Shown here piece by piece: positions 25,024 through 39,572 of a stretch of DNA of 64,000 nucleotides. Every line of letters begins with the position of its first letter. The stretch's first letter is position 1. Under the pieces are notes generated by a model, which was not told the origin of the DNA, searched no databases, and was given only the letters and a program-made list of their open reading frames with translations. The position numbers and the translations under genes are program-made. Source of the DNA: Octopus sinensis (lineage: Eukaryota); assembly GCF_006345805.1 (NCBI RefSeq), contig NC_043012.1, positions 54,994,001 through 55,058,000 on the forward strand, given 5' to 3'.

Positions 25024-25799
25024 TTAAATGATGATGATGATGATGATTTTTCGATGCTTGCAAGGAATAAATGCTGTTGAGCATTTTGTCCGGTTTGCTA
25101 ACATTTCTGCCAGCTTGGCATCTTTAAACAGCTTCAAATTTTGGTACAAGACCATCTGGGGTGGAGAATTCAATCATATCAACCCCAGTACATGATGGGT
25201 ACTTATTTTTATCAATCCTGAAAAGATGAAAGATAAAGTCGACCTTGGTGGAATTTGAACTCAGATCATGAAGACACAAAATGCGTCTTTATTATCCGAG
25301 TTATAAATGTCTTTATAACTCAGCATGCTAATGCTTCTGCCAGCTTGCAATAATTAATAATACTTTCTATTTTATACACAAAGCCTGAAACTTTGAGGGA
25401 ACAGACAGTGGAGTTGGCCTACCAGCTCCTGTTAAACTGTCCAACCCATGCCAGCATGGAAAATGGATGATAAATGATGAGGATGAGGATGATGATGATG
25501 ATGATGATGATGATTGGTAAATTCCTTAGAACATCAGACAAATTGCCTGACTTTGTTCCAGCTCTTTTAGATTCTGAGTTCAAATCTTGCCGTGGTCAAC
25601 GTTCTTTGCCACTAAATTTCAGACCTTATGCATAAGAGTCAGAAATATGAATTATTATTGTTATTACTATTACTATTTATTTATTTATTTATTTGTTTTA
25701 CCATTTCATACAATGCTGTTTGTCAATTCTTGCAACCCAAATGAATTCTTTATTCATTATGATCACTGACCAAGATATCCGGCACAAATAATAGTGATC

Positions 25800-26110
<311 letters not shown>

Positions 26111-26246
26111 GTCTTTGTTATTCTCTAAACTAGAACTGATAACAAATTGCTTCTCTCACTCTTGTCTGAACTATAAAAATTAATAAATAAATAATTAAAT
26201 TTTTAAAAAATACAGAAAGCTAATGAGCAATATTACTTTGTTTTAG

Positions 26247-26366
26247 GTACAAAAGTAACTGTTGATCATTACGAAAGGGCGTTTGGAAAGATTCCCAATG
26301 ATTCCCGGAGCTACTCTGACCATGAAGGAGTTTCGGCTACCTTCAGTTTAATGAGTGCACCTACAG
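26247..26366 (+). CDS. SMPD2: SMPD2 coding exon with catalytic SDH motif
   Basis: ttttAG / GTaaga. TKVTVDHYERAFGKIPNDSRSYSDHEGVSATFSLMSAPT. 120 nt, phase 1 at both ends. Confidence 0.94.
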
Positions 26367-26700
26367 GTAAGATTCATTCAAAAAGCATTTAATTCAGGCA
26401 AATTTCATTGAAACATTTTAATTCAATATCAAAAGAGAAGAAAAAAATGTTTTCACTTTTTAACCGTCACCCCTTAGATCAGCCCTGATCAAACGGACCT
26501 TATGATGAAAAGCATTCCAGGCATGACAGTCTCATCTTTTAGGGCTACATTCCACCTGTAATATGTTCAAACTGACTAGATCTAACTTGTCACACCTGCC
26601 CTACAATATTATTCTAAAAATAAACAAAGGCACAGGTGTGGTTGGTGATAAGAAGCTTGCTTCCTAATACACACACACACATACATATACATACATACAT

Positions 26701-26753
<53 letters not shown>

Positions 26754-27199
26754 TATTTAGGTGTGTGCTTGACAACCCATGTTGGTATTTTTACATCCCC
26801 GTAACTTAGCGGTATGGCAACAGAGGCTGATAGAATAAGTACTGGGGGAGATTTCTTTGGCTAAAAAACCCTTTAAGGTGGTGCCCCAGCATGGCTACAG
26901 TCAAATGACTGAAACAAGTAAAAGATTAAAAGAATAGAAGAATGGTCACATCATTGAAATCTTGAAGCTGCAAGATATTGCAGGATTAATTCAAAATATG
27001 AATAGATAAGCTTTATATTTGGCAGAATAATCCAAATGCTAAAGGGTTAAAAGCCTTTGAGTCTTACCTAAAACAGAAACATTGCAGATGTTGTCACACT
27101 CCGTTTTGTCTTTCCAAAAAGCCTAGAACCTGGTTGTTATACTTAAATGTAACCCTCTTATCTTCATTCAAAATTTAACACAATTCTTTTCATTTTCAG

Positions 27200-27534
27200 C
27201 TCAAGCATGTCCAGCCAGAGATGCTGTACTTCTTTCAGACCATCTTCAGGCAATGATCAACGAAATGGACAAAAATGCATCCAAATTGTCTTCAGACAGG
27301 ATAATTTGGATTTTATTGGCAATATCCAGTACCGTCATCCTGTTCTTAAGGAATTGCTGCAGCGTAGGAGGGACATGTATTGCCTTTTTCATGAATCTGT
27401 TGATGGTATTTCTAGTTGTCTTCATAGCCTTCTGCCTATGGAATGGTGTTGTGATAAATAACATCGACTCCAAGGCATCTGCAGCAACGAAAGAAGAGGC
27501 CAAATACCTTTTGAACAGCAAAAAGGAAAACTGA
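27200..27534 (+). CDS. SMPD2: SMPD2 terminal coding exon with two hydrophobic membrane segments
   Basis: ttttcAG acceptor in phase 1. Open to TGA at 27532-27534. IIWILLAISSTVILFL and CIAFFMNLLMVFLVVFIAFCLW fit the two C-terminal TM helices of nSMase1. Confidence 0.9.
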
Positions 27535-27975
27535 AATTGTTTCCATTTTCTCTTCAAATTGAACATAATTTTATATACATATCAGTTACATTTTTATATC
27601 ATATCTTCAAATTTCTTGTTGTGTACATGTAAGTCTATGTGTGCGTGCGTATGTGCATCTGTGTGTGTGTATGTATGTGTGTGTGTATGTGTGTGTTTAA
27701 GGTTCGTTTTTTTCCATGCTAGCATGGATTCAACAGGAATTGATTTCAAGGCAACATTTAACACCTGGAAGGCTTTTCCTGTTGCTAGCTCTCACCGGTT
27801 TTTCAGTTAAGGGATTTTTTAAAGAAATATTTCACAGGTTCTTGAAAGTACTGAGTAATCACTTATAATGACCACATGGAATGTGACCTTCCATTCCATT
27901 CAATCAGGGATGAACAAAATATCAGCATTCACATATGTGCGTGTACACACACGCACATACACATACACACGCACA

Positions 27976-28688
27976 CAGCACCTTCTGTTGTTGTTCTTTG
28001 TTATTGTTGTTATTTTAACTCTGATGGAAATTAATCTAGCCATGACCATCCAGACTGTTTCTTAGGTACAATGAACAAAGAACCATATTATTCAATATGC
28101 TCCCCGCCACACAGTAGTAACACACACAGACGCATACATACACACACAGATGCACACATACACACACACACACACAAATGCGTGTGCACACACACACACA
28201 TGCACACACACACACACTCATACACACACGCGCGATAGGCTTTTTACAGTTTCTGTCTATTAAATTAATTCACAAAGCCTTGGTTGACCTGGCGCTATGT
28301 CAGAAGCCATTTCCTCGTGGTGGCACACAGGGAGATTGAACCCAAAGCCATATGGTTGCGAAACAAACTTCTTAACCACTGAGTAAAGCCTGTGCCTGCT
28401 GTGTGTGTGTGTGTGTGTGTGTGTGTCCCCGTTTTTGAGAGTACAGTTAGAAGGTCAGGACTTCCTCTGTGGTCAATGATATTGTACCCAGTTCACCTCA
28501 GTTGCAGTAGTTACTACGGAGATGTTATTGTTAGATCACTGCCAAAAGCAGCACCCTCTGTTGTTGTTATTTGTTATTGTTGTTGTTTTAACTCTGATGA
28601 AAATTAATCTAGCCATGACCATCCAGATTGTTTCTTAGGTACAATGAACAAAGAACCACATTATTCAATATGCTCCCCGCCACACTGT
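27976..28688. repeat. 140-bp direct repeat pair downstream of the SMPD2 stop
   Basis: 27976-28115 versus 28549-28688, with few mismatches. Confidence 0.9.
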
Positions 28689-28997
28689 TTTTTTTTTTTT
28701 TATATATAATAGTGTATTAAATACATTGTGCAGGAAATTTGGATCAAAAGCTCTTTTTTGGATGTATGTTTATCGTGTGTCTTTTATTTGTTTCGGTTAT
28801 TAGACTGCGGCCATGCTGGGGCACCACCTTGAAGAGTCTTTTCAGTTGAATGAATCGACGCCAGTACTTATTTTTTTAATAAGCCTGATACTTATTCTAT
28901 CGAGCTCTTTTGGCAAAACTGCTAAGTCATGGGGATGTAAATAGACCAACACTGGTTGTTGAGCGGTGGTTGGGAACTAACATAGACACAAAGACAT

Positions 28998-29034
<37 letters not shown>

Positions 29035-29517
29035 CACACACACACACCACACACACACACACACACCACACACACACACACACACACATATATATAACAG
29101 GCTTCTTTCAGTTTCCAGTTACCAATCCTCTCACAATTGGTCAGCCTGAAGCAATAACAGAAGACACCTGCCCAAGGTACCACACTGTGGGACTGAACCC
29201 AGAACCATGTGGTTGGGAAGCAAGCTTCTTACCACACTGTCATGCCTGTGCCTATATGTGGTCTGATCAATAAGTATCCGGATTGTTGTCATAGAAACGA
29301 AGCAAAAGCATGCAAAGTGAAGGCACATGGCACAGATTAACCTTGACCTCTGCTGTGCATGTGCACTCAGTTTTAACATTATAGCTCACTTCTACTGTTT
29401 ACAGCAGTGCTTGGATGGAAGGTGTGTAGCGTGAGATCATTGCATTGACCATGACAGAGAAAGCTGACGAGAGAATCTGCATCATATTTTGCCAACAACT
29501 TGGCGATACTTGTTCAT

Positions 29518-29752
29518 AAGGCGGTGAGCTGGCAGAAACGTTAGCACGCCGGGTGAAATGCTTTGCGGTATTTCGTCTGCTGTTACGTTGTGAGTTTAAA
29601 TTCCGCCGAGGTCAACTTTGCCTTTCATCCTTTCGGGGTCGACAAATTAAGTACCAGTTACGCACTGGGGTCGATGTAATCGACTTAATACCTATGCCTG
29701 TCCTTGTTTGTCCCCTCTGTGTTTAGCCCCTTGTGGGTAATAAAGAAATAGA
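29518..29752 (+). mobile_element. SINE family A, full-length copy
   Basis: Starts ggcggtgagctggcagaaacgttagcacg and ends aagaaata. Other copies at about 5560-5775(-), 13100-13285(-), 14015-14245(+), 15176-15316(+), 16293-16470(+), 23710-24110(+), 25125-25350(-), 31290-31480(-), 33140-33330(-), 37398-37615(+), 47596-47730(+) and 49084-49218(+). Confidence 0.88.
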
Positions 29753-30183
29753 TACTTGTTCAGAGGCCTATACAAAATTTTCAAAAAGTTTTCATATATA
29801 TATAGATATATTTAATTAGTTAAAAATATGTTTGTGACGTATTTCAACTGCTAATATAATATATGTAGATAGATAGATATACTGAATGAGAAAAACCAAG
29901 AAAAATCACTAGAAGGACAAATTTTAACAAGGGTATTATTTGTCTCTTTTACTCTTTTACTCTTTTACTTGTTTCAGTCATTTGACTGTGGCCATGCTGG
30001 AGCACTGCCTTTACTTGAGCAAATCGACCCCAGGACTTATTCTTAGTAAGCCTAGTATTTATTCTATTGGTCTCTTTTGCCGAACTGCTGAGTTACGGGA
30101 AGATAAATACACCAGCATCAGTTGTCAAGTGATGTTGCGGTACAAACACAGACACACAAACATATATACCCACACATACATAC

Positions 30184-30286
<103 letters not shown>

Positions 30287-30404
30287 TTGTCACCGCAACA
30301 TCGCTTGACAACCAATGCTGGTGTATTTATCTTCCCGTAACTTAGCAGTTCAGCAAAAGAGACCAATAGAATAAATACTATATATATTATATATATATAT
30401 ATAT

Positions 30405-30563
30405 ACACACATTTTTTTCTCTCCTTGTTTTTTCTGTGCCCCTTTTTGTAGAAGAGCGTAGGCTCGAAACATAAAAGACTTTTTCTATTCCTGAGCGTTA
30501 TACTAATACATCTGTTTGTCTTGTACACCACTTGTCTTCGTCTTTTGTTTTTTCGTAAACTCT

Positions 30564-30570
<7 letters not shown>
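30405..30570 (+). mobile_element. PLE-like terminal-repeat remnant with degenerate hammerhead at 30442-30477
   Basis: CTTT-TTGTAGA-A-GAGC(GTAG)GCTC-GAAA-CA-TA-AAAG. Related ends occur in reverse at about 2936-2958 and 3037-3105. Confidence 0.5.
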
Positions 30571-30608
<38 letters not shown>

Positions 30609-33600
30609 CATACGACGGGCTTCTTTCAGTTTCTGTCTACCAAATCCACTCACAAGGTTTTTGTCGGCAACTCACACATACACACACATACGTATGTACA
30701 CCTATTGCATACATGTTTTTTGTACGTGTACATGTTTGCGCGTGCACGTGTGTGTGTGTGTGTGTGTTACCTGTATATCAACAAAACACTTTTTTCCTCG
30801 ATAGAAAAAAATAAACAACAAAGTCTTAACCAAAACTTACTTGTTGCTAGAAGGGGACTTAACTCCTGTTTCCGAACAATGGTGATTTCTTTGACTTGAA
30901 AATTGTTAAAAGTTTTAATTGAAAATTTATTTTTACTGCTATTCGTTGGAGCTCCTGGGAAAAATAAGTTGACAAAAATACAGCTAGGATCATGACAAAT
31001 GTCCTCCTAAAATTGGAGCAACATGTGTGCTAATTTGTGGACGTGCATAAATTACATTCACATACACACACACACATCCTGCCTTTTATATATACAGATT
31101 CTGCTCTAAAGAACAATCTCATACTTCAACCTGATTCAACCCTTTTGATTTGAACCTACATGAAACTGACCCCAGTTCTGTGATATAAACTTCCTCTTTT
31201 AAAGCGATCTAAATTTTAATCTTCCATAAAAATTCATGTAAATTTATTTCAAGCACCAGCTTAATAATTTTTTAATTTTTAATTTTGACTCAAGGCCAGT
31301 AATTTTGAGGGGAGGGGGTAACTCAAATCATATTGACGCCAGTATTTAACTGATACTTTATTTTATCAACCCAGAAAGGATAACAGAGAAACTCAACCTT
31401 AGCAGATTTGAACTCAGAACTGTAAGATAAGAAATATTGTTAAGCATTTTGCCTGGTGTGTTTATAATTCTGTCAGTTCACACAAGCTTAACAAATTATT
31501 TCTTCATTAATTATTTAATTATTTCTAAATTATTTCTTCATTATTTTGAAAATTATTTGCAATAAAGACAGTGTATTTCTACAGATATATCTTTTACTTG
31601 TTTTAGTCATTTGACTGTGACCATGCTGGAGCACTGCCTTTAATCAAGCAAATTGACTCCAGGACTTATTCTTTGTAAGCCTAGTACTTATTCTATCGGT
31701 CTCTTTTGCCGAACTGCTAAATTACGGGGACGTAAACCCACCAGCATTGGTTGTCAAGCGATGTTGGGGTGACAAACACAGATACACAAACACATACACA
31801 CACATACATATATATACAAATATACGATGGGCTTCTTTCAATTTCCGTCTACCAAATCCACTCACAAGGCTTTGGTCGGCCCGAGGCTATTGTAGAACAC
31901 ACTTGCTCAAGTTGCCACGCAGTGGGAATGAACCCAGAACCATGTGGTTGGTAAGCAAGCTACTTACCACATTTTTCATGTTAATTCAAATATTGGGACA
32001 ATTTAAGATATATGGAGAAAGTAAAAAAGAACTGAATTTATTTGACAACCCTATATTATAAATAAAATCACTTTTAGTTACTTGAATTTTAAATTAATTT
32101 ATACATCCAGCATGTCCAGGGGTCTTAGGGTTGAAACATGTAAAAGAATAAAAGAATGTATTTCACTATGAAAACAAATGCAAGATATGTGCTTGTGTAA
32201 TAGCACTGACCACCTTCAGTCTATATTTTTCTTTTATTCCTATTATCTACCTATTTTTTATCATAAGACTAGCTGTGGGGTGTCTGGTGATAACCCCAGA
32301 ACAACTATTGCAAACTATTGTAATATTTCTCTGCAGAGGACAGAAAAATTCAGTTCCCTTTATGATGCATGCTTTGGTAAATTTACCATTTCCAGTATGT
32401 GTGTGATATTCACCTCATACTCTCAAAATATCTACCTCTGGTCACAACACCTTTTGGAAACTTTCTGCAAAATATGTTATCAATATTTACAGTCTTTCAA
32501 TATGTTTTTTTTTGACTCATAAACAACGACTACAGATTCTTAAACCCTTTGTTGTTTAATGATTCAAGAGATAATGTCATGATTTGATATAGACATGAAT
32601 TAATAAATAGATCAAAAACAAATGAGTATTTCATTTTTTTTTGTGTGTGTGTGTTTGTTTTGCAAGATTTTTGGTGTGAAATCATTTGTTGAAGCATATT
32701 TTTTTATACTTTAGGCAGATCATGATGACACACTGGTTTTATTTCACTTCAATTTAATTATCAATTAATTTGATAATTAGTTAATATATTAATATGTTAA
32801 TATATTAATTAGTTTGCTAGAGTTCTTTTGTCATAGCCTGTGACTTTACTGATAGTTTGTTGCTGTTTGTTCCTTCTCGAGCCACGCCTGGCTCATAAGG
32901 GCCGGTTTCCCCTGTTTCCTTGACGTATAGCTTCTCCACCTGGACGGGACGCCAGTCCGTCGCAGGTGAGCTGCAAGATGCAGGAGGAAAGAGTGAGAGA
33001 AAGTTGTGGCGAAAGAGTCAGCAGAAGTTCGCCATTACACACGCAATCTGAGATTTGAACCCACGATCCCTCGACTGCGAGTCTGCTGCTCTAACCACTA
33101 GGTCATGTGCCTCCACTTTATCAATAGTAATTGTTTCAAATTTTGGCTCAAGGTCAGCAATTTTAGTGGTAGATATTTGTCAATTATATTGACCCCTTGT
33201 ACTTAACTGGCATCTTATTTAATCAGCCCTGAAAGATGACCTTGATGAGACTTGAACTCATAATGTAAAGAGCCAAGAAATATAACAAATACTCAAACAT
33301 TTCTGAACAATGCTATAACAATTCTGTTAGCTCACTATAATGTGTGCTAACAAAAATAATAATAATGTGACTCATGTACACCTTCTCTGTGTTAGCAGCC
33401 ACTCCTTGTTCTTTGCTTTATGTTGGAATCTAATCTGCTGCAGAGCAAACCCGGAAGAGAAATAAGTGCGTAGTAGCAGAGAAAGTACACGAGACATGTT
33501 GTCATTCAGAAGGTCACAGGCTAGGATGAATGAGCTTCAGCAAACTAATTATGCAATTTACATATTAACTAATTATCTAATTAATTGATAATTGAACTGA

Positions 33601-33799
33601 TGTGAAATACAATCAAAATGTTTGTTTTAAATGGGAGCATGATCTTCTCAAAGTACAGCAAATGAATATTTTATGTTATTTAAAAGAAAATGGGAAATTC
33701 ACATTTCACTGGGTGGCTTCCATTCATTCAGAGACAATAAAAAAGTTCATTTTTGCATCTGTTTTTCCATGCTAGTATGGGTTAAATAAATATATATTA

Positions 33800-34395
33800 C
33801 CTATTTATTTACTACCCACAAGGGGCTAAACACAGGGAGGACAAACAAGGACAGACAAATGGATTAAGTCGATTATATCGACCCCAGTGCGTAACTGGTA
33901 CTTAATTTATCGACCCCGAAAGGATGAAAGGCAAAGTCAACCTCGGCGGAATTTGAACTCAGACCGTAGTGGCAGACGAAATACCTATTTCTTTACTACC
34001 CACAAGGGGCTAAACACAGAGAGGACAAACAAGGACAGACAAACGGATTAAGTCGATTATATCGACACCAGTGCGTAACTGGTACTTAATTTATCGACCC
34101 CGAAAGGATGAAAGGCAAAGTCGACCTCAATGGAATTTGAACTCAGAATGTAACGGCAGACGAAATACCTATTTCTTTACTACCCACAAGGGGCTAAACA
34201 CAGAGAGGACAAACAAGGACAGACAAACGGATTAAGTCGATTATATCGACCCCAGTGCGTAACTGGTACTTAATTTATCGACCCTGAAAATATGAAAGGC
34301 AAAGTCGACCTCGGCGGAATTTGAACTCAGAACGTAGCGGCAGATGAAACACTACTAAGTATTTCGCCCGGCATGCTAACAATTCTACCAGCACG
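33800..34395 (-). mobile_element. SINE family A tandem trimer
   Basis: Three units of about 177 nt plus the head, in reverse. Confidence 0.88.
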
Positions 34396-34850
34396 CTGAA
34401 GCATAGTTTCACAGCTGTTTACACTTTTTGTTGTTAATGCATGCTCGTTTTTTTCAAGTAGGGGATCTCTTATTCGACCTGTTTTTGAAAACACAAGGTC
34501 AGCAAATTTCAACAAACTTTTACTTCTTCTAACTGCACACATTTTCAAGCAAAGTGTAAAGAATGTAAACATCTGCACAGATATTCCTTGGTAAGGCAGA
34601 AGCTTGCCAGGTTATATGCTAAATGTATACAATGCTTTACTCCTCACTCTTTTGCTTGTTTCAGTCATTTGACTGCAGCCATGCTGGAGCACCACCTTTA
34701 GTTGATCAATTATTCTATCGGTCTCTTTTGCCGAACCGCTAAGTTACAGGGACGTAAACACACCAGCATCGGTTGTCAAGCGATGGGAGGGGGACAAACA
34801 CATACACACAAACATACACACACACACATATATACATACATATATATATA

Positions 34851-34895
<45 letters not shown>

Positions 34896-35261
34896 TACAA
34901 CGGGCTTCCTTCGGTTTCTGTCTACCAAATACACTCACAAAGCTTTGGTCGGCCTGAGGCTATAGTAGAAAAGACACTTGCCCAAGGTGCCATGCAGTGG
35001 GAATGAACCCGGAACCATCTGGTTGGTAAGCAAGCTTCTTACCACACAGCCACTCCTGCACCTTTATTTACTGTTTCTTATATATCATTAGTTACTGTTT
35101 CCTATATTCGGATCAACCGGAACCCCCGTTGTCGTAACCGATGGAGTGCTTCCATATATCAAGGCATAGATTTCATTTAAGCAGGTGAGAACCAAATATT
35201 GTTCAAAAATTAATTAAGGCTGTGCATCATTTTGTCCATCTTCTGAGAAATGGTCATCATA

Positions 35262-36546
35262 CGAGGGGCGTTCAATAAGTAATGCCCCTGACCCACTTCC
35301 CATAGCAGTAGAGCAACGAAACTTGGCACAGTTATTAGTCTTTTTCTACATAGGAACCACCCAGAGTTACGCATTTCTCCCATCGTTTGATGTGGCTCTG
35401 AAGACCGTTTTTGTAGAAGAACCCAGCTTGGTCCTCCAACCTCAACATGACTTCAGAAATCAAGGCTGCATCATCTGGGAAATGCTTTCCTTTCAAAAAC
35501 AACTTCATGATTAGGAAGAGGTGAAAATCAGAGGGTGCAAGGTCAGGAAAGTAGGGGGGATGGGAAGGAATTCATAGCCATACGTCTGTGCTTCTGATCT
35601 GGCGACAAGCGAGTTGTGGACCGGAGCGTTGTCCTGCAGGAGGAGGATGCCTTTGCTGATCTTGCCCCGCCTCTTGATTTTGATAACTTCTCTTAATTTC
35701 CTCAAAAGTGAAGCATAATAGGCTCCTGTAATTGTGGTACCCTTTGCCAGGAAATCTGTCATCACTACTCCGTCCTGGTCCCAGAAGACTGTGAGCATGA
35801 CCTTGCCAGTGGAGGGCTGCACCCTTGCCTTCTTTGGAGGGGGTGAGTCACGGTGCTTCCACTGCATTGACTGGGATTTGGTCTCTGGATCATCGTGATG
35901 GACCCAGGTTTCATCCTGTATAATCAGTCTTTTGAAAAATTTTGACTCATCTTCTTGGCACATCTCCAAATTCACCCTCGAGCACTCAACGTGTTCTTGC
36001 TTCTGGAAAGGCATGAGCAGCCTGGGAATCCATCTGACAGACACCTTTTGCATATGCAAATGGTCATGAATGATAGTTTCCACAGACCTGGTACTAATCT
36101 TGATCTCATGGGCTATTTGGCGAATAATTATGCGTCGATCTTCCAAAATGGCAGCCTCAACTTGACGGACAGATGCCTCATCAATGGCAGAAGGGGGCGA
36201 CCAGATCTGGGAGCTGTTTCCACAGAGTTCCGACCATGTTTGAATTCATGATGCCAGCGTTTTACAAGGTCATATGATGGGGCATCATCACCATAAGTTA
36301 CTTTCATTTCATCAAAAGTCTCCCGTGGTGTGCGTCCTTTCAAATACAAAAACCGGATCACTGCTCGACACTCAACAAGCTCCATTTCACACTTGACTCG
36401 GTTCAAACACCTGTAAATCAGAAACCACAATTAATTCAGAGCTGTAATTTGCCACTTACTCTATAGAGATATAAATGATTGCACATGCAAAATTTCAGCT
36501 AGATTAAACAAGTGGGTCAGAGGCATTACTTATTGAACGTCCCTCG
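35262..36546 (-). mobile_element. Full-length mariner transposon (1285 bp)
   Basis: 37-bp TIRs at 35262-35298 and 36510-36546 (2 mismatches), with TA on both flanks. Confidence 0.96.
35335..36385 (-). pseudogene. Mariner DD34D transposase with two frameshifts
   Basis: MELVECRAVIRFL, WIPRLL, IQDETW, LQDNAP, HPPYFPDLAPSD. There are 34 residues between the second and third Asp. Confidence 0.93.
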
Positions 36547-36817
36547 TATATTAAATATGATACTTTGATACTGTCTGGACCAAGAGCCCCATTAATAGGT
36601 CACTGATATTGAATAAACTTTTTAGCATTCAAACCACCTATGTTCTACTTATTTTATGTTCAGATTGGCCAGATCTAGCCTCTCACAACTACACAACAGT
36701 ATCATTGAAATCATATACAATCATATCAATGAAATCTCAAAGCTACAATATAATGCATGATTAATTCAAAAGAATGTGAATGAATATGTATAACATTTGA
36801 CAGAGTAATCTGAATCT

Positions 36818-37150
36818 GGAGGTGCATGGCTCAGTGGTTAGAGTATCGGGTTCACAATCATGAGGTTGTGAGTTCAATTCCTGGACCAGACTGTGCATTG
36901 TGTTCTTGAGCGAGACATTTTGTTTCACATTGCTCCAGTTCACTCAGCTGTAGAAAGGAGTTGCAACATCGCTGGTGCCAAGCTATATCAGCCTTCACTT
37001 TTCCTTGGATAACACTGGTGGCATGGAGAGGGGAAGCTGGTACGCGTGGGCGACTGCTGGTCTTCCATAAACAACCTTTCCTGGACTTGTGCCTCAGTGG
37101 GGAACTTTCCAAGTGCAATCCCATGGTTATTCATGACCGAACGGGGTCTT
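36818..37150 (+). mobile_element. tRNA-headed SINE with CORE-like domain
   Basis: tggctcagtggttagag...gagttcaattcc, followed by gtgttcttgagcgagac...ctccagttcactcagctg. Confidence 0.7.
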
Positions 37151-38033
37151 TAATTTGAATACTAAAAGATTAAACACATTGCATGCAAATTAGTAGCCCA
37201 GTTCTCTGTAGTTACCAGATTTGATGAGTCTACAAACATGTAGGCTGCTTATTTCTCTGAGATTGGTCAAATGACATAAACACTTCTGATGAGAACCAAA
37301 GAAGTTTTCAAAAACTAATTAAGGCTGTTTGTCATTTGTTTTTTCAGTCTACCGAGAAAAAGATAAATTTGCCTTGTTTGTATTATTAATATTTCTAAGG
37401 CAACGAGCTGGCAGAGTTGTTAGCCCACTGGATGAAATGCTTGACGGTATTTCACCCATCACTACGTTCTGAGTTCAAATTCCTCCAAGGTCAACTTTGC
37501 CTTTCATCCTTTCGGGGTAGATAAAATAAGTACCAGTGAAATTCTGGGGTCGATGTAATTGACTAGTCCTCTCCCCCAAAACTTTAGGCCTTGTGCCTAT
37601 AATAGAAAGGATTACTAATATTTCTACTATGAAGGTTTACTTATATATCATACGTTGATACCATGTGGACTAAAATGCTCATTGAGAGGCCTCTGCTATC
37701 AAATAAATTGTTAAATAATTACAGAATGCTAATTAATAGTTTCAGTTCTCTGTAACTAATGGATTTGTTCTGTATGTAAACAGACTAGCTGCTTAGTCTT
37801 CTGGGATTTGTCAAATGACGTAGACATCTCTGATGAACCCCCACCACCCCACCCTAACAAGGTTTGAAAAATCCATCAAGGCTGTTCATAATTTTATCAA
37901 TCTACTGAGAATTTACCATGTTTGTATTTCTATTGTATTTGCATTTTCAATGCAAAAAGTCTATGAAGAGATTTATCACAGGAAATTTTACAGCACCATG
38001 CCTTCTAATTTGATACACAGATGATAATTTTAA

Positions 38034-38387
38034 TTACCTCCGCCAAGGATGGCAGTTATATTTTCATCAGCGTTGGTTTGTCTGTCTATCCGTCGGTATT
38101 TGATGAAACTTGCAGGAAAATTTTGTAATGACACAAGGAACAGATGGTGAAATTTTGGTAGTGATCCGGAAATTTTTATAGCTTCTTGAAGGATTTTTCA
38201 TTTGTTATATTTACTTTACATGAAGTATTACAATGTTGCGTTCTTTGATTATCTCCCTTGAAAACATGTTCATCGTTTGCACGTAACCTATGGTGGCGTT
38301 GCTGTTTCCAAAGTTTATTTTCATTTCTCTATTAGTAATTTTACTCACGTATCTATCTTAAAATGAGCTGGTTGGCAGTGGTCTGCG
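38034..38387 (+). mobile_element. Helentron-associated (HINE-like) element with 3' end cut by a LINE fragment
   Basis: 5' TTACCTCCGCCAAGG, GTCT-type repeats, and a partial 3' TTGGCAGTGGTCTGCG. Confidence 0.55.
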
Positions 38388-38389
38388 GA

Positions 38390-38780
38390 GGATGACATGA
38401 CAAGTCTTGACTATTGGGATCAACTCAAAAAGCTCAGGCTTTGTTCCCTCCACTGCCGCTGTGAGCTCTATATCATCTGTATGATGTGGAAAATATTGAA
38501 ATTTGTCCAAGGCTTGGCCCTCATGCCATCCATCCACTACAGAAATGTTCATGTTGTATCACAACACTATGACAGAACTATTTCACCTCAATTGGCCCCT
38601 ACTCTCTTCAACATCATGCCAGACACACATAAAGAAGGAAAGTAATTTCATGGTATTCAAACGATCCCTAGATGATTACCCACAACTCATACCAGATAAA
38701 CCACCCACATCCAGATATGTCTCTGAAAACAATAGCTATCTGCTTGAATGGGCTGTGGTCCCCCAGAGCTGACTGTGTAT
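38390..38780 (+). mobile_element. Decayed CR1/L2-like LINE C-terminal fragment
   Basis: LDYWDQLKKLRLCSLHCRCELYIICMMWKILK resembles the CR1-type YWERLKxLxLYSLQRRRERY motif. Confidence 0.65.
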
Positions 38781-39572
38781 CTCTTCCAAGTGGTGCAATT
38801 AAATTAGACATGACCTGAGTCAACTTCAGCTGAAACTTATCTAAGTAATCTAATCTATGTTGTAACCTTTTAATCAAAGTTTGACAACATGGGTAGAGGC
38901 TGATATCTCAACATTTATGAGGGTCTTAAGTATAAAAAAAAATTATTAAAGATTTATATGGAACTACATTCAGAATATGTCTATAAGCTATTGTGTTTAG
39001 AATTGGTTTCTATCCTCAAACTGTTCCGTTTTGTAGATGCAATTTGTTTTATTTTTCATAAAGCACTCCGAAATTGGAAAAATAAACAATCTGCAACAAT
39101 CTTGGTCTCATGAGCATCGGATAATGGATTTTCAACTGTGTAAAGAAACTGATTGTGGTGATCGTAGTTTTGACAGAGATCCTGGTGAAAGCAGAGACAG
39201 CGTTGATGATGATGATGGTCTAGATAAGTATGGGAGGAGGATAAACTAGTATCAGTGGTTATAATAGCGACAGGAGCGGTGTGATGTGTGATGCTGAGGT
39301 GATGGTGGTAATAGTGGTGTTGATGATAGTGTTAATTGCGTGATGGTGGTATTGTAGTGGTTATACTGGTTGTGGTGGTGAAAGTGGCTATCAAGGTAAC
39401 CGTCATGATAACATTGATGTGTATGTGGCTGAAGTGGAAGCAATGACAATGCTGCTGATGATGTTGGTGGTTGTGGTGGTGGTGATAGTGGTAGGATAGT
39501 TGTGGTGGTGATTGTGATATGGTGGTAGCGGTGGTGGTGGTGGTTGTTGTTGTAGTGCTGCTCCTGCTGGTA

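Noticed and set aside
37280-37875. CTGATGA motifs at about 37287 and 37829
   Set aside because: No correctly placed GAAA with stems I and III.
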